A DNA stretch of 64,000 bases. It comes from Octopus sinensis. Taxonomy: Eukaryota. A model generated the notes under the pieces. The model saw nothing but the letters and a program-made list of their open reading frames with translations, was not told the DNA's origin and made no database searches. This document shows positions 26,691 through 39,364 of this stretch, one piece after another. The stretch lies in the NCBI RefSeq assembly GCF_006345805.1, contig NC_043002.1:87544001-87608000 (forward strand), given 5' to 3'. A program made the position numbers and the translations under genes. Numbering within the stretch: the first letter of the stretch is position 1; each line of letters opens with the position of its first letter.

Positions 26691-27276
26691 TAACAATAAG
26701 AGTTTTGCAACAAGTTGCTTGACCATAACAGCAACTTGTTGCAAAACACTTATTATTATAATTATATAAGTTTTTACCGAATATGGTCCTTTTCCATACC
26801 GAAATACTACTAGGTGAAATTTGTTGATTTTATTAAATTAATTATCTTTCACCCTATATCTGTAATGATTATATATATATCAAAATGAAGGAATGGACGT
26901 TCGTGACGCTCAAAGACGGAAATTATGAAGTGTCTAAGCCATAAGCCATGGATATTTCAGTTTTTACAATAAACCTTGACTGCCCAAGCAAAGATGATGA
27001 AACGAAAAGGTGTTTTAGCTGATTTCTTTTTTTGAAGAGGCCGCAAAGGTGTGTAGCATCACACGAAACGTTTCTTACCTGAAAATATTAACTGCTAATT
27101 CTTCAGAATCTCTCCAGAGCAGCATAAAAAAATCCCTCATACAATGTATTTACATTGCAGTTGAAGTTATATAATATTCGAACAAGTTTTGTGGAAAACA
27201 TTGTTTGTGATCGCGATTGTCATTTATCTGGTGTAACGTGCATGATGACTATGACGGAGGTAACAAAAGTTTTGAG

Positions 27277-27715
27277 GGATCATTTCGGTTTAAACGGCAG
27301 TTTTTAACATAATTTCTAGGTAACTAAAGAATTTTAAACTTCGTATACTGGTAGAATGTGTTTATAAAACATATTTTTCTCTTGGCTTTATTGAGAAAAT
27401 TCTATAGTTTGTAAGATATTTGTTGTTTTTTTTCTTCAATTTCTGCAATTTCAACCAATCACTGACGTATTTGAGGTAAAAAAAAACATTCTGTGCCGTA
27501 TGAATATGTCCCTCGTTTAAGAAACAGATTGGATTTATTTACATTTGTGAAGAAAAACAGATACCCTTCCCTTACCCCTAACCCTAACCCTAACCCTAAC
27601 TAACCCTAATCCTAAAACAGATTGAAATGCAATAGTTCGATACTAGGGTCATAATTATGGGTGACAATTTCATACGACATCGCTAGAAAAACTGTCGTTC
27701 AAACCGAAAAGGTCC
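27277..27715 (+). mobile_element. MITE family A copy 4
   Basis: TIRs present; flanks GTTTTGAG / GCTTTAAG (6/8 TSD match); four perfect CCCTAA units. Confidence 0.92.
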
Positions 27716-27974
27716 GCTTTAAGTTAGAAACCGTGCTGTCTAAATATGGACACTTGAACGAAAATGAGCCGTTTGAACACACCCTTACAGGGATATAGTG
27801 ATTTTTCTTGGATTTTCTTTAAGATATTGAAAACGTACATTTGGTTTAACTTTCATGAGAATAGTCCAAATGGGTTATCACGGTTTTCATTTCTCTCTAA
27901 TAAAGCTCCGTTATATGCCTCCATACATTAAGTTCAGAAGTACATACAAGTTCGTTGGCATAATATTGTCTTGC

Positions 27975-28125
27975 TTTAACCAGCACCACCAGCACAACCA
28001 CCACCACCACCAGCAATATAGCCATCATTACTGCCATCGCTCCTCCTCCTTCTCCCTCCTCCTGCTTTCCTCTCTCCTCCTCCTTCTACTGCCGCCGCCG
28101 CTGCTACTGCTGTAACTACTACTGA
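27975..28125. repeat. Mixed trinucleotide tract (CAC/CTC/CTG/CTA)
   Basis: Directly visible. Confidence 0.85.
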
Positions 28126-28173
28126 TGCAACCAGAGCATCAAAATCCACCACGATCACAACAGCAACAAAAGT

Positions 28174-28575
28174 GGAGGCGCTATGGCTCAGTGGTTAGAG
28201 TAGCGGATTCGCGGTCGGAGGATCGCGGTTTCGATTCCAGACCGGACGTTGTGTGTGTTTATTGGACAAAAACATCTAAAGCTCCACGAGGCTCCTCTTT
28301 TACTCTTTCGCTCCAACTTTCTCTCACTCTTTCCTCCTGTTTCTTGTCCCCGACTTCCTACGCAACCGCTGAGCCTGGATGCGCATTCATCCATCCGTCG
28401 ATGATCTCAGTGTCGGGGGTTGACCTGCTTTCTCTTCTGCGGGTCTTACGAATAGCAAAGAACCACGTTTCGGACTTCTCCCACTACAGAGGCGCGATCT
28501 TGCGAGCTCTGGGACGAAGACCGCTTCGCTCAACAAACAAACAAACAAACAAACAAACAAACAGCAACAACAACA
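28174..28575 (+). mobile_element. GC-rich tRNA-derived SINE with (CAAA)n tail
   Basis: A box TGGCTCAGTGG, B box GGTTTCGATTCC, tRNA-unrelated body, (AAAC)n tail. Confidence 0.8.
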
Positions 28576-29320
28576 ACAGCAGCGACTTTCATCCGTGTGT
28601 TTCATCCGTCTGGATTCGCAGCAATAAATACCAGGCGTCTACTGGTGTAGATTTGTATTAGTGCTAAGATTGAAAATATAATAATATTGAATTCTTTGAT
28701 AATGGAATGAAAAGCGAATATACCAAGTCGAATCAAAGATGGAATTTAATTGGGAATATAGCTAACGACATGTAATATTATTAACTTCTCATCTCGCTTA
28801 ATCTGTTGGTAAATATAGCAAAAGCCAATACATTGCCATTCATATCACTTAACGGAATAAATGGAAAATCGTATATTTTAATACATGCACTCATAAGCAC
28901 ATAATTTCTATGCACACATATATACACGTGCGTTCTCGCACACGCATGCGTACAGCGTTTGTATTTATTTTATCTTAAATTATCGTTTAAAAATCTGTGG
29001 CATTTAATATACACATACATGTGAGCGTATGTATGTGTATAAATATATATATATATATATATGTATGTATATGTATATTACAGTGCATATTTTATATTTT
29101 CATGTGTTTGTTTATGGAATATATTAAATAAATAATTTATTACTGAAAAGTCTGGAATTTTTCAATAAATCCATTTAGACTCAAATACACGAAGTTTTAA
29201 ATGAAACTTTCAATTAGTAAGATATGAATTTTTACAAATTATTGAAATAATATTAAACTGAACAAACTAGTAATAGAGTTAGCTTTTATTACAATGCTAT
29301 ATTCTTGTCAGTGAAAGCAG

Positions 29321-29870
29321 GCGGCTAAGTGGTGAGGGAGTTGGACTTACGATCAGGAAAATGTGGGTTCGATTCAGACCCGTCTTCGCATTATTAGCCT
29401 CAGGGCAAATCAATGCACTGGGCCCTATAGTATTTATTTCTTGACAGCAAGTTACAGCGTAGATCGACCTTAATTGGGATCCCTAGATCTATGAGGCCCC
29501 CAGGCAAATTAATGCTGTGGCATATGTACCATATATTTATTGACAGCAGGTCACAACTTGCATAGATCATAACTGGGCCCCTAGATACCTAGATATGTGG
29601 ACCCCCAATTAATTGTCTAACTTGCTGGCTGATGCCTTAAGGTAGCACTGGTTCAATTCCTAGACCGAGCAATGTGTTGTACCAATGGACAAGGCATTTT
29701 ATTTAATGTTATTCCAGTCTACTCAACCGAAGCGAACACCAGCTGAGTGTTGGTGCTGACCTGTCTCCCTCCGACTGTCATATCCGTGTTCTACTGGTGT
29801 GAAGGCTTCAAGAGTGTCTATATCCGTTTGCAACTACATAAGCATCTAAAACAATTAGTAAAAGCATGGT
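29321..29870 (+). mobile_element. Old tRNA-derived SINE split at its B box by a hAT-like MITE
   Basis: Head 29321-29374 resumes at 29651 (GTTCAATTCCTAGACCGAGC..). Confidence 0.55.
29375..29650. mobile_element. hAT-like MITE (276 bp) with 8-bp TSD
   Basis: TSD GTTCGATT (29367-74) / GTTCAATT (29651-58); ends CAG..CTG; right TIR CCTTAAGGTAGCACTG; internal diverged tandem duplication. Confidence 0.65.
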
Positions 29871-30343
29871 ACTAGTTACTAAGTCATTACTGGTTTGAGA
29901 GTGACGGTTGTGTTATCTTTTCATATTCGTTTCTACAATCTAACTTGTATCTCTGACCCACCTCGCTGTTCAAATTATTTGTAAAAGGTAAGGCATCAAC
30001 TCTCACTACTACAAAAATGCTACATTAGCAACAAAGGTTTCTAGTTAATCTGGCTCAAACGTTTCATTTCCTCATTATTTACCTAAATTAAATAACGCTT
30101 TATATAAGTACACATGCTTTACACTATATGTATATGCCCAGCATGACCGCAGTTAAATGACTGAAACGAGTAAAAGATAAAAATTAATATATATGTGTGT
30201 ATGTATATATATACGTATATTATTGTTGTACTTAGGAATGGTCATTTTGCCAGTTGAACCAATAAAAGCACATGCACTATATATTTGGTCTTACTTTGCT
30301 TCAGCGTTATTTATTTTTTACATTAATCTTAATCTTATTTCGG

Positions 30344-30383
30344 CCAGAGTTCTTTCGTCACACTCCTGTGACCGCATCAGTGG
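30344..30383 (-). ncRNA. Type I hammerhead-ribozyme-like motif (PLE type), probably variant or decayed
   Basis: CCA-CTGATGC-G-GTCACA/GGAG/TGTGAC-GAAA-GAAC-TC-TGG. Confidence 0.4.
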
Positions 30384-30672
30384 TTCTTTGCTTTCTTCTT
30401 TTTTATTTGTGTGTCTCCCCTTACTAACCGTCAGCCATTTTATATTTCTATTGTGTCTTCATTTGCGCATGCTAAACTGGTAAAATGACCATTCCTAAAT
30501 ACAACAATATCTGTTTCAACACACGATTTCACATCAAAAATCTTGCACAACAAATATATAAACGTATATATATATATAATTTTAATCCAAACGGGAAAAC
30601 AAAAAAACAACAACAGTGGAACAATTACAGTATTATTATTAATAGGCGCTCAGGAAATATGGAAGCAGGAAG

Positions 30673-30707
30673 GTATGACGTTTCGGGCGGAGCTCTTCGT
30701 CGGAAAC
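30673..30707 (-). ncRNA. Type I hammerhead-ribozyme-like motif (PLE type), decayed
   Basis: GTTT-CCGACGA-AGAGCTCCGCCC-GAAAC-GTC-ATAC. Confidence 0.45.
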
Positions 30708-31298
30708 ATAAAGAAGAAGAGAGAGGAAAGAAAGATCCAAAGCGGGCAACAGGAGATGGAGAAAAGAAACGACTGGTGTTTACGAAGTACACATGGTGAA
30801 AGGCGGAAGTTTACGATAACAAGAGCAAAGTAGGTTTTTAAAGCCAAAAGAGTGGAGACAGGGTTGGTAACGCAACAGATGTGTGTGTATGTGTGAGTGT
30901 GTGCGTGTGCGTGTGTGTATGTGTGTGTGAGGCGAGATAAAAAAACAAAAAATATATGTATGTGTTAGTGTGTGCGTCTGTGTGTAGGCGTGTGAGGTAG
31001 GGCGAGACAGTAGTAGGCATAGCAGACAGTGGTCAGTAGTAAGAAAATGAAGGAAGGAGGAAGGGAGGGAGGGGAAGGGGTGGGGGCGTATGTATCGTGC
31101 CAGCGTGTGTTGAGTAGTAGTGTGTGTGTCCAGTGTCGTGGTAGTATTAATGGCGAGTAGATTGAATGTGTGTAAGAGTAATGTATATATTTAAGCAATG
31201 TGTGTGTGTGAGTGGGTGTGTGTATGTGTGCGCGTGTGTGTAACAAAACAAGGGGGGGTTAAGGAAAAAGGACTCCAGCTGAGGGGAAGATGGAAGAG

Positions 31299-31362
<64 letters not shown>

Positions 31363-33099
31363 TGTGTGTGTGTGAGAGAGAGAGAGAGAGTGTGTGTGTG
31401 TTAACAATGTTTAAATAAATATAGAGCATTTACAAAACTTAAAGTTGTATGCACGTTCTATCTGCAAACATAACCACATTTACATTATACCTTATGTCCC
31501 TTCTTTGTTCTTTTATGAGCACTTTTGCAACTGCCTACTCAGTGCATCGCACAACATGGATACATCAGACATTTACCAGAGGCCTGCTCGAGTTTTGCAG
31601 CGCCTGTCTAGATATCTACTCTAGGAACCTACTCTCGGTACCTTAGTATATAGGGTCCTTAGTGAATTTCTACGTTCGGGGATCTTTAATGTTGTTAAGA
31701 CAGCCCGGTACCAAGGTGAACACTTTTTTAATCATTCTTTCAACTTTATCATCTATGGTTATATGTTTTCTTACGCATTTTATTGATATTTAGAATCGTC
31801 CAGCACATGCTACCCTGACGAAGATCGAACTGTTAGAATTCTCGTCTCCTTATCGCACGAATAACGTATTTAAATTCATAAATTTTAATAGCTTATTGTT
31901 GCTCATAAAGTCATCCATAGTTTCTTTTCTTTTCCCCGTCCAGAAGCCAAAGCAAAGTTAAATTGATGTACAAAATATATGAAGAGTTGTACAAATATGA
32001 TTCCTTATTTCGATCGCTCATTCTTGTTATTAAAGTTTGTCTTCCTTAATTTATTAAATTATTGTTCTTTCGATTATTAATGTAATAATAATAACGTGTT
32101 ATCTTTTGTTTGATACAAATAAAAGAAAACATTTCAAGTTACTTTGTTCTAACCGCTCCTTGTCATTATAACCTAAAATTTCCTGTTTGATAATATTTTA
32201 TAATTAGCCAAATTAATTATTGAGACATTTCAATTTTAAAACAGAGATTCTGAAACTTAATTCTGTTCTCAATATTTTCCACGCTGGTTATTTAGATTGT
32301 TTTCAGAAGACTACTTAAAAGTTTTGAGAAATCTCAATGCAATTTTCATATAATTTCTTGTACACTTAATTTCTTTCATAGGTATAAATTGATTTGTCTA
32401 GCTTAGAGTCAAGACCACAAATTGGAAAAGGTTAGAAATAGGATTGCAAGACGCTCCTTTGTTTTTCAATGACATTAATATTTAGACAAATTGATAGAAT
32501 CGTAAGAGCGTTGGGTGACATGAATTGCGGTAGATATTTCAGCACCTTCCGCTGTAAGTTCGAATCGCGTTAGTTTTGCTTGTCATCCTTTCAGGAACGA
32601 AAAATGGTTTACAAGAGTAGTACAGTGTATTGGCTTAAGCCGTAGAGCATAGTATTAGAACGTTGAAATCATTACGAATCATTATGTTCTGAGTCCAAAT
32701 CTCGTAACGACCTTCTTGTGTCATAAATGTAGTCCGTCACCCAGTTTGCTACCATTAAGATTTTTGTGGATACAATAATTTTAGTCTGGCATCGGTTTTG
32801 GGGATATCTTACCTTCATACCATCCTCATTCTCTCCTACAAGTCTTGTGGTCCCTGTAAAGGGCCATGCACGTTGTTCTTCATTTTTGACTAAAGATAAA
32901 AAACTCTACAGCAATTTATTGATTGACTGTGAAGCTTAGGCAGAACACCATAAATATGAGCTGGTTGCAAATAAAATTGTTTCTGGTTGATATTAGATAC
33001 GTAAGAGATATATTTACTTTAGATTTAAGAACGCGACTTGCCACTTTATCACATCAAAGGCCACTGGCATTCAGGGGAGTTACAAAGAAGACAGTAATG

Positions 33100-34123
33100 T
33101 TCTCCTCTTCCTGCTCCTAAAGACCAAACCTAAACCAAAAGCGGTATACAAATTTTCTAAGGCGCACTACTAGTCTGATGGACAATTCTTGTTCCTGATC
33201 CATCTTACACGGTTAACCTGATATCTGAAGCCATACTCTTGGGCATATCCCTCCAGATCCCTCACACGACCGCAACTCGCAAACTCATATCATGCTAACT
33301 GTTCATATGTAGTTCACTGAAACACTGCATATGAAGAAAACCGCCTATAACATTAAGGGGGAATTACTCCTACTTAGTGGGCAGTTTTTATTGACTACTG
33401 TAACTCGTATAAAACTGCCATGCATGTTGCAAAAAACTCTTTAAACATCGCATAGCCTGCAAAAACTCCGAGTCCTACTGGTCCCTTGACAAAAGGATTT
33501 CTACCAATTGTGAGACATCTACCTGCCCACAAATTCTCAATAATAGTAGCTCTATAAACAGTACTCTACTAGAGAAGAATTCCACATGTTCTGTCAGCTT
33601 CGCATCCAATTCTTAATTGCGTACCTTTGGCAAGACAGCACTAAATTATTTCACCATTGTCAGAACTTTCTGTCTAAATTTCTGCCCTGTAGACTCCATC
33701 CAATTTCTGCCTCTTGGGTCAGCATTCACAGACCTCTCTGAGCTATATTACATCAACTCTGATGTTCCTGAACCCTCTAATATGTTGCACACACTTTTCA
33801 TCTGCTACGTTAAAAAGTTAATTGTTAATTCTAACCAGGCTTAATCCTTTACAGATAATACTGAACATACTCTTCAACCTTCCACAAACAGGTGTCAGCT
33901 CGCATCTACTGGATATTTCTGCTTTTACTTCTACTCATTGAAGTACCAGTCACAAATTGGGGAAAAGAGGATACGGTACTAGGTGATAATTGGGAATGCA
34001 GCTTAACCGGCTTTATCCACGCAGTGGCTTTGCAGCATTTGATGGGTAGTCATGATGAGTATATTGGGCTTTATGTATTTGTACCCTAGTTTCACTTTGA
34101 TGGCATGTACTGCTCTCTCAATG
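33100..34123 (+). mobile_element. Highly decayed LINE remnant whose 3' end runs into the (AAT)n tract
   Basis: 3' motif GTAGTCATGATG..TTTCACTTTGATGGCATGTACTGCTCTCTCA + (AAT)n resembles an octopus CR1-like 3' end (from memory); upstream coding similarity is weak. Confidence 0.35.
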
Positions 34124-34129
34124 ATAATA

Positions 34130-34210
<81 letters not shown>
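34124..34210. repeat. (AAT)n microsatellite
   Basis: Directly visible. Confidence 0.95.
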
Positions 34211-34211
<1 letters not shown>

Positions 34212-34222
34212 CTTAGATAAAC

Positions 34223-37200
34223 TTAGATATGTTTCGACCAAAGATTGGTCCAGGCCATGTCTAACTTAATAGCACCACATGATAAGATTATTCGAATCCT
34301 GTTTAAGTCAAGTTTTGTTTGAGTCAAGTTTTGTTCAAGTAGTGAGTTCTTGTTGGGTGAGTTGTATCCAATTATGGGTGGCTTATCTGGTATTCTTTGA
34401 AGGAATCTATCCAGACTCTGTTTAAAGTTGATGGGATCCTTTTCCTCTTTGATCTCCCTCGGGACAATGTTAAATAGGGCAGGGCCTGTTGAGGAAAACA
34501 AATTATGTTGCAGTGTACATGTATGTTGTGATCTTGAATTGGGCAGGGGACGTATAGTCCGTGGTCCAAGTCTTGGATGAACCTTGAAGCTAATGTTTAG
34601 GTCGTTTGGGCAAAGTTGGCGGTATATTTTCCACATCGTACAAATGATGTACCGCTCACGGCGACGCTGGAGGGAGTAAAGTTTCAAGGCTTTAAGGCGA
34701 TCCCAATAATCGAGAGCAGCCATGCCTTCAATTTGTTTAGTGAGTGCCCTCTGGGGTGACTCAATTCTGGAGATGTTTTGTCTTGTGTGAGGAGACCACA
34801 GTGGGCAGCAGTATTCAATGTGTGGCCGTACAAAGGAGGAAAAAAGTAGTATGATGACACCTTGTTCTCTGGACCGGAAAGTTCTTAAGATCCAGGAACT
34901 CATCCTACGAGCTATATCGACCTTCTTGTTGATGTGTGCACTCCAACTGAGATCGTCATCAACAATTACACCCAGGTCTCTGATATTGTTAGAGGCTGTG
35001 AGCGGTTCCCCTGAAGGAAGAGAGTATGGTTGTTTTAGTGAGGAATTTCTTCCAAAATGCATCAGCTCAAATTTTCCCTCATTCAGTTGCATTTTGTTTC
35101 TGTCTGCCCATTGACTCACAGCATATAGATCAGACTGGAGTTGAGTTCGGTCTGCTTCTTCATTGACGATTTACTGGAGCTTAGTGTCATCAGCAAATAT
35201 TTTCACTTTGCAGTAATGTACGACACTGGAAAGGTCGTTTACGTAAATTATGAAGAGTAGCGGACCCAAAACAGTTCCCTGGGGAACACCGCTAGTGAAT
35301 TTTGCTGGGTTTGAGTGGACTCCATCAACTACAACATGTTGTGTTCTATTCGCCAGGAAATACTTAATCCAGTGTAGAACTTTTCCACGGATTTCAACAT
35401 TTGCCAATTTTGAGAGTAGGATGTTATGGTCTACCCTGTCGAACGCTTTACTGAAGTCAAGATATATGACGTCAGAGTTCGAACCTGTTCCCAAGGCTTT
35501 GAGTACATCTTCAATGTGGTGTAAGAGCTGTGTTAGACAGTCCCTGCCACAGCGAAAGCCATGCTGATTTGCATTTAGGAGTTTGTGGGTCTCCAGGAAG
35601 TCAGCTATCCTTGATCTTAACACTCTTTCAAACACTTTAATGATGTGGGAGGTGAGTGAGATTGGGCGATAGTTGACTGCGAGGGATCTGTTTCCCTGTT
35701 TGAAAACCGGGATGACCGACTGGGATAGAAACTGTTTCGGTATATAACCTGCGTCTAACGAATTTCTCCAGAGGTTGGTCAGAGGGACTGCAAGTTGGTA
35801 TCTACATTCCTTCAGGAGACTAGCGGGAAATCTATCAGGGCCTACAGCAGAGTAATGTTTGACCTCATTTATTGCTGCTACGATGTCAGTGACAGTGAAG
35901 GTTATGTCTGAGATTTTGTGTTGGGAGTCAACTTCGTTCGTTTCCCTTACGTCAATTTCAGTTGGAACACTAAAGACAGAGCAGTATTGTTTCTGCAGTA
36001 TTTCTGCCATTTCTTTAGCATCGTGTTGGGGAATGCCGTTATCATCAATCAATGGCCCAATGGGTGAGACAGTGGTTCTATGCTTATTTGCATAAGAATA
36101 GAAAACTTTTGGGTTCTGTTTGATGTTTTTGATTACCCATTGTTCCTCCACAGCTCTTTGATTTTCAATGGAGGCTTTCATGTTGGTCTGCAGATGAAGT
36201 TTTTCCAGCTCTAGTCTTTTCATTGCTGTTGAATGTGGATGTTGTGTGTGGGAATATTTTAATTGGTTGATTTTTTTGTTGAGTCTTTTGATGCGCCTGA
36301 TGAGTGTTTTTTTTCTTTTTAGGGAGCAGGTTTCTGTTTGTGTTAGTAGATTTCTTGGGAGCGTGTTTAGAGCATGTATAGGTGACAATGTTTTCAAAGT
36401 GCTACCACGCGGTCTCAATATGAGAGGAATTGAGAGTAAAAGACCAGTCGATGGAAGACAGATCCTTTCTGATTGTTCCCCAGTCCGTTTTGTGTGAAGT
36501 TTATGTTGTCAAATGGGTGCCATGGGTGGGATTGGCTGGTTTGGTTTTTATATGTCGGGAATTAAGATTTCAGAGTACCATGTCGTGTGGTCTGAGAGGA
36601 GAGTTTTTTCGACTGAAATACTGTGAACGTAGCTAGAGTGATTGGTCAATACCAGATCCAAGATCGTTTATTCTGTCTCGTTGGTTCAAGCACTAGCTGA
36701 GTCGGAAATACTCATCCATCAGATTAAAGAGCAGTTCTGCTGCTGCTCTATCTGATGTAGAGCACTTGCCTAACTTCAGAGTATTTGTGGGCCAGTTCAC
36801 ATGAGGAGGTTAAAATCACCCATCACTAGTATGTTTCCGGAGTGGTAGTACTTCCGAAGGAAGGACTTGACTTTGCTAAGGCACTCTTCAAAGTACTTTA
36901 GAGGTGCCTGGGGAGGCCTGTAAAGACCAACAATGGTTATGTCCTTGGCTTTGTTGTATGTGATACCGATTCACAGTAGCCATTGGAAAATATGTCCTTG
37001 GCATCAAGTGAAAAGGAGTCATGGATAAAGATGGCTGTCCCTCCTTTATTTCGGTCTGTGCGATCCGCACGAACAATGGTGAATCTTTTATTTTCACCTC
37101 TGCGTCCATATGGGTGTTGTTCAGGTGAGTCTCGGTAAGGATAAAGAAAGGGAAGCAATGTGCCATTTCGGCAAGCCAACTCTCTATATATGGGATCTTC

Positions 37201-37262
37201 CATTTGGGGCAATAATTGATGGGTTGATGCCACGTACATTTAACAGGAATGTCGAGGTAAGG
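34223..37262 (-). pseudogene. LINE ORF2: APE endonuclease plus reverse transcriptase
   Basis: LNVRG..FILTETHL..RADRTDRNKGGTAIFI (EN, frameshifted); YRPISLTSHIIKVFER, QHGFR, YLDFSKAFDRVDH, SGVPQGTVLGPLLF, FADDTKL; one in-frame stop at 35171-73 joins the 415-aa and 298-aa ORFs. Confidence 0.92.
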
Positions 37263-38124
37263 GAAGTTGGTAATGGGTGAGTGGTCCTTGTGATTTGCAT
37301 AGATGGTTGGTGATAGCTCGCTGGATCTCCTGGCTTAGGTCGGCCTTCATATTTTCTAGGTATGTCAGTAAAAAAGAGTTACTTGTTTGGTTTGCCACTT
37401 GGTCAGAGTATACATATTTCATGTTGGCGTTGTTTGGTGTTTTTCATGGTTCTGTCTACGTTGTTTGATTGTGGGAGAGGAAACGTGGTTGTATTTGTTC
37501 TTGTTGTTGTTGTCCTAGATTTCCTCTGTTCCTGTTTATATTTATTCTGTGATCGTTTTGTGCCTTCAGATGGTGGTGGTTGCATTCTGGGTTCAGGCAC
37601 ATCCTTTGTGAGACAGAGTTTGGCACAGTTTAGGATGGAATAAGGTGATGCATCCGTATTTAGGATCAGAACCATGGATTCTGTATTTAGGACAGTATTT
37701 GGGGTGGAGGTGGGGGAAATTCTTTCCTGTTATACCGTATGGACAGGTGCCCATAACAAGTCTACGACATAAGGTCGGATGGGAAAAAGCACAGCGTCCA
37801 TTGTTGTTTGTGCCGCTGGGGCCAAATCTACAATTGCCTTTAGAATAGTAACGGCAGGGGTTTTTATTTGGTTGTAGAAGGGGTTTTTCTATTCTGGCAG
37901 TAGTAGCAGTAGTGTTAGAAGCAGCTTGTTGATTTTGTGATGGTGGGTTCTGGCTTGCCAGAATGTGGTCAAATCTGCAGCTACCTTGAGAGTAGTAATG
38001 GCAAATACTTTTACGTGGATGTAGTAGTGATTTTCCTATTGTGGCGGTAGCAGTAGTAGTGGAGAGTTGTTTTTGTTGTAGCAGCATTGGAACTTGACTA
38101 GTGGTAGTATTAGAGTGTTGTTGT
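37263..38124 (-). pseudogene. LINE ORF1 with tandem CCCH-type zinc fingers (frameshifted)
   Basis: CHYYSQGSC; CRYYSKGNC-x11-CAFSH; CRRLVMGTC..PHLH; CPKY..GC..FH; across a frameshift, LC..SVSQRMCLNPECNHHH. Confidence 0.75.
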
Positions 38125-38129
38125 TAATG

Positions 38130-38203
<74 letters not shown>

Positions 38204-38335
38204 CTCTGTCTGAGAGGTCCTTCTTGTGACTTGACAGACAGTACAAACTCCCGGTACACACAATATCTTTAATCAACAGCATCACGATATTGGATACTAG
38301 GTGAAGTCTTAACTACTACTACTACTACTACCACA

Positions 38336-38372
<37 letters not shown>

Positions 38373-38404
38373 AATAATAATAATAGCAACAACACAACAA
38401 CAAC

Positions 38405-38446
<42 letters not shown>

Positions 38447-38471
38447 TATTATTATTATTAATATTATTATT
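38125..38471. repeat. (AAT)n, short unique spacer, then (ACT)n/(AAT)n/(ATT)n
   Basis: Directly visible. Confidence 0.9.
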
Positions 38472-39339
38472 CTATGTTTGACTTTTGCTTTACATTTGTA
38501 CAAGTTGGCTCCAAGTCTCACTCAGAGACCTCAAGAGACAACAAGCTGGAAGTTCATGTTGGTGTTATGCCTAGGGTGCCATATATGTGGTTTGTACTTA
38601 GTGTTGTACTAGTGAATGTCTAAAAAACCATACGAAAATTATGTTTGTTTTAAAACTTGAGGTTACATAAAAAGTATTTTGCGTAGGATATAAGCAGTTC
38701 CCATGAGCACTATCTTTTTAATTTCTGCCATTTTTGGGTTTCCTGGTATCTGAGTTAGGTAGCAATCAGTCCCTTTCGCTATCATTCCCAGGGCACCTAT
38801 GACAACAGGTATTGTTTTAGTCTTCAGCTTCCACATTTTGCTGATTTCTATTTCAAGATCATTATATTTGCTCAGTTTTTGGTAGGTCTTGACAGATACG
38901 TTTATATCGATTGGGACAGTCATATCAATGAGAAGGCATGTTTTTTGTCTGAAGTCTTTCAATATGATGTCTGACCTATTTGCATTTATCTTTCTGTCAG
39001 TTTGAATGGTGAAGTTCCAGAGGAGTGTGATGTGGTCATTTTCAAACACTGGAGGTAGTTTGTGTTCCCACCAGTTTTTATTATGGGGCAAATCCAGGCT
39101 TTTGCAAATTACCCAGTGAATATATTGTGCAGCTCTATCATGCCCGTTGAGATACTCTGTTGGCGCAAGAAGACTGCACTTGGAGACATCAGGATCAATG
39201 GTTTCATTTTGTTGTTGACATACACGACATGTTGGGCTACTGCCGTTCTTTAATATGTTGGCCTGGTAGTTCCATGTACGTAGGCATTGGTCTTGAGCTG
39301 CTATGATAAACCCTCCTGTTTCAGATTTTAAGCCAGAGG
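38472..39339 (-). mobile_element. R4/Dong-clade LINE, short 5'-truncated copy (zinc motif, RLE and 3' UTR)
   Basis: ORF 38663-39091 LLWNFTIQTD..NRSDII..CLLIDMTVP..IPVVIGALG (PD..D-type restriction-like endonuclease); (AAT)n tail on the sense strand. Confidence 0.88.
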
Positions 39340-39364
39340 TTTAATTATTATTATTATTATTATT

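Larger units (their letters stand above)
34210..38124 (-). mobile_element. CR1/Zenon-like LINE, 5'-truncated in ORF1, flanked on both sides by (AAT)n
   Basis: ORF1 CCCH fingers, APE, RT and C-terminal domain colinear; 3' end is (TATCTAAGTT)x2. Confidence 0.9.

Noticed and set aside
28174-28245. tRNA gene
   Set aside because: A and B boxes are present, but there is no complementary acceptor stem or T-run terminator, and it continues into a SINE body and (CAAA)n tail.
31812-31836. CTGACGAAGATCGAAC hammerhead-like core
   Set aside because: GAAA is incomplete, stem II is nearly absent and there is no convincing stem I; at most a very decayed PLE end.
38204-38310. Further RLE-LINE micro-fragments between the AAT tracts
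   Set aside because: Only vague resemblance to R4-type 3' ends; too short to assign.
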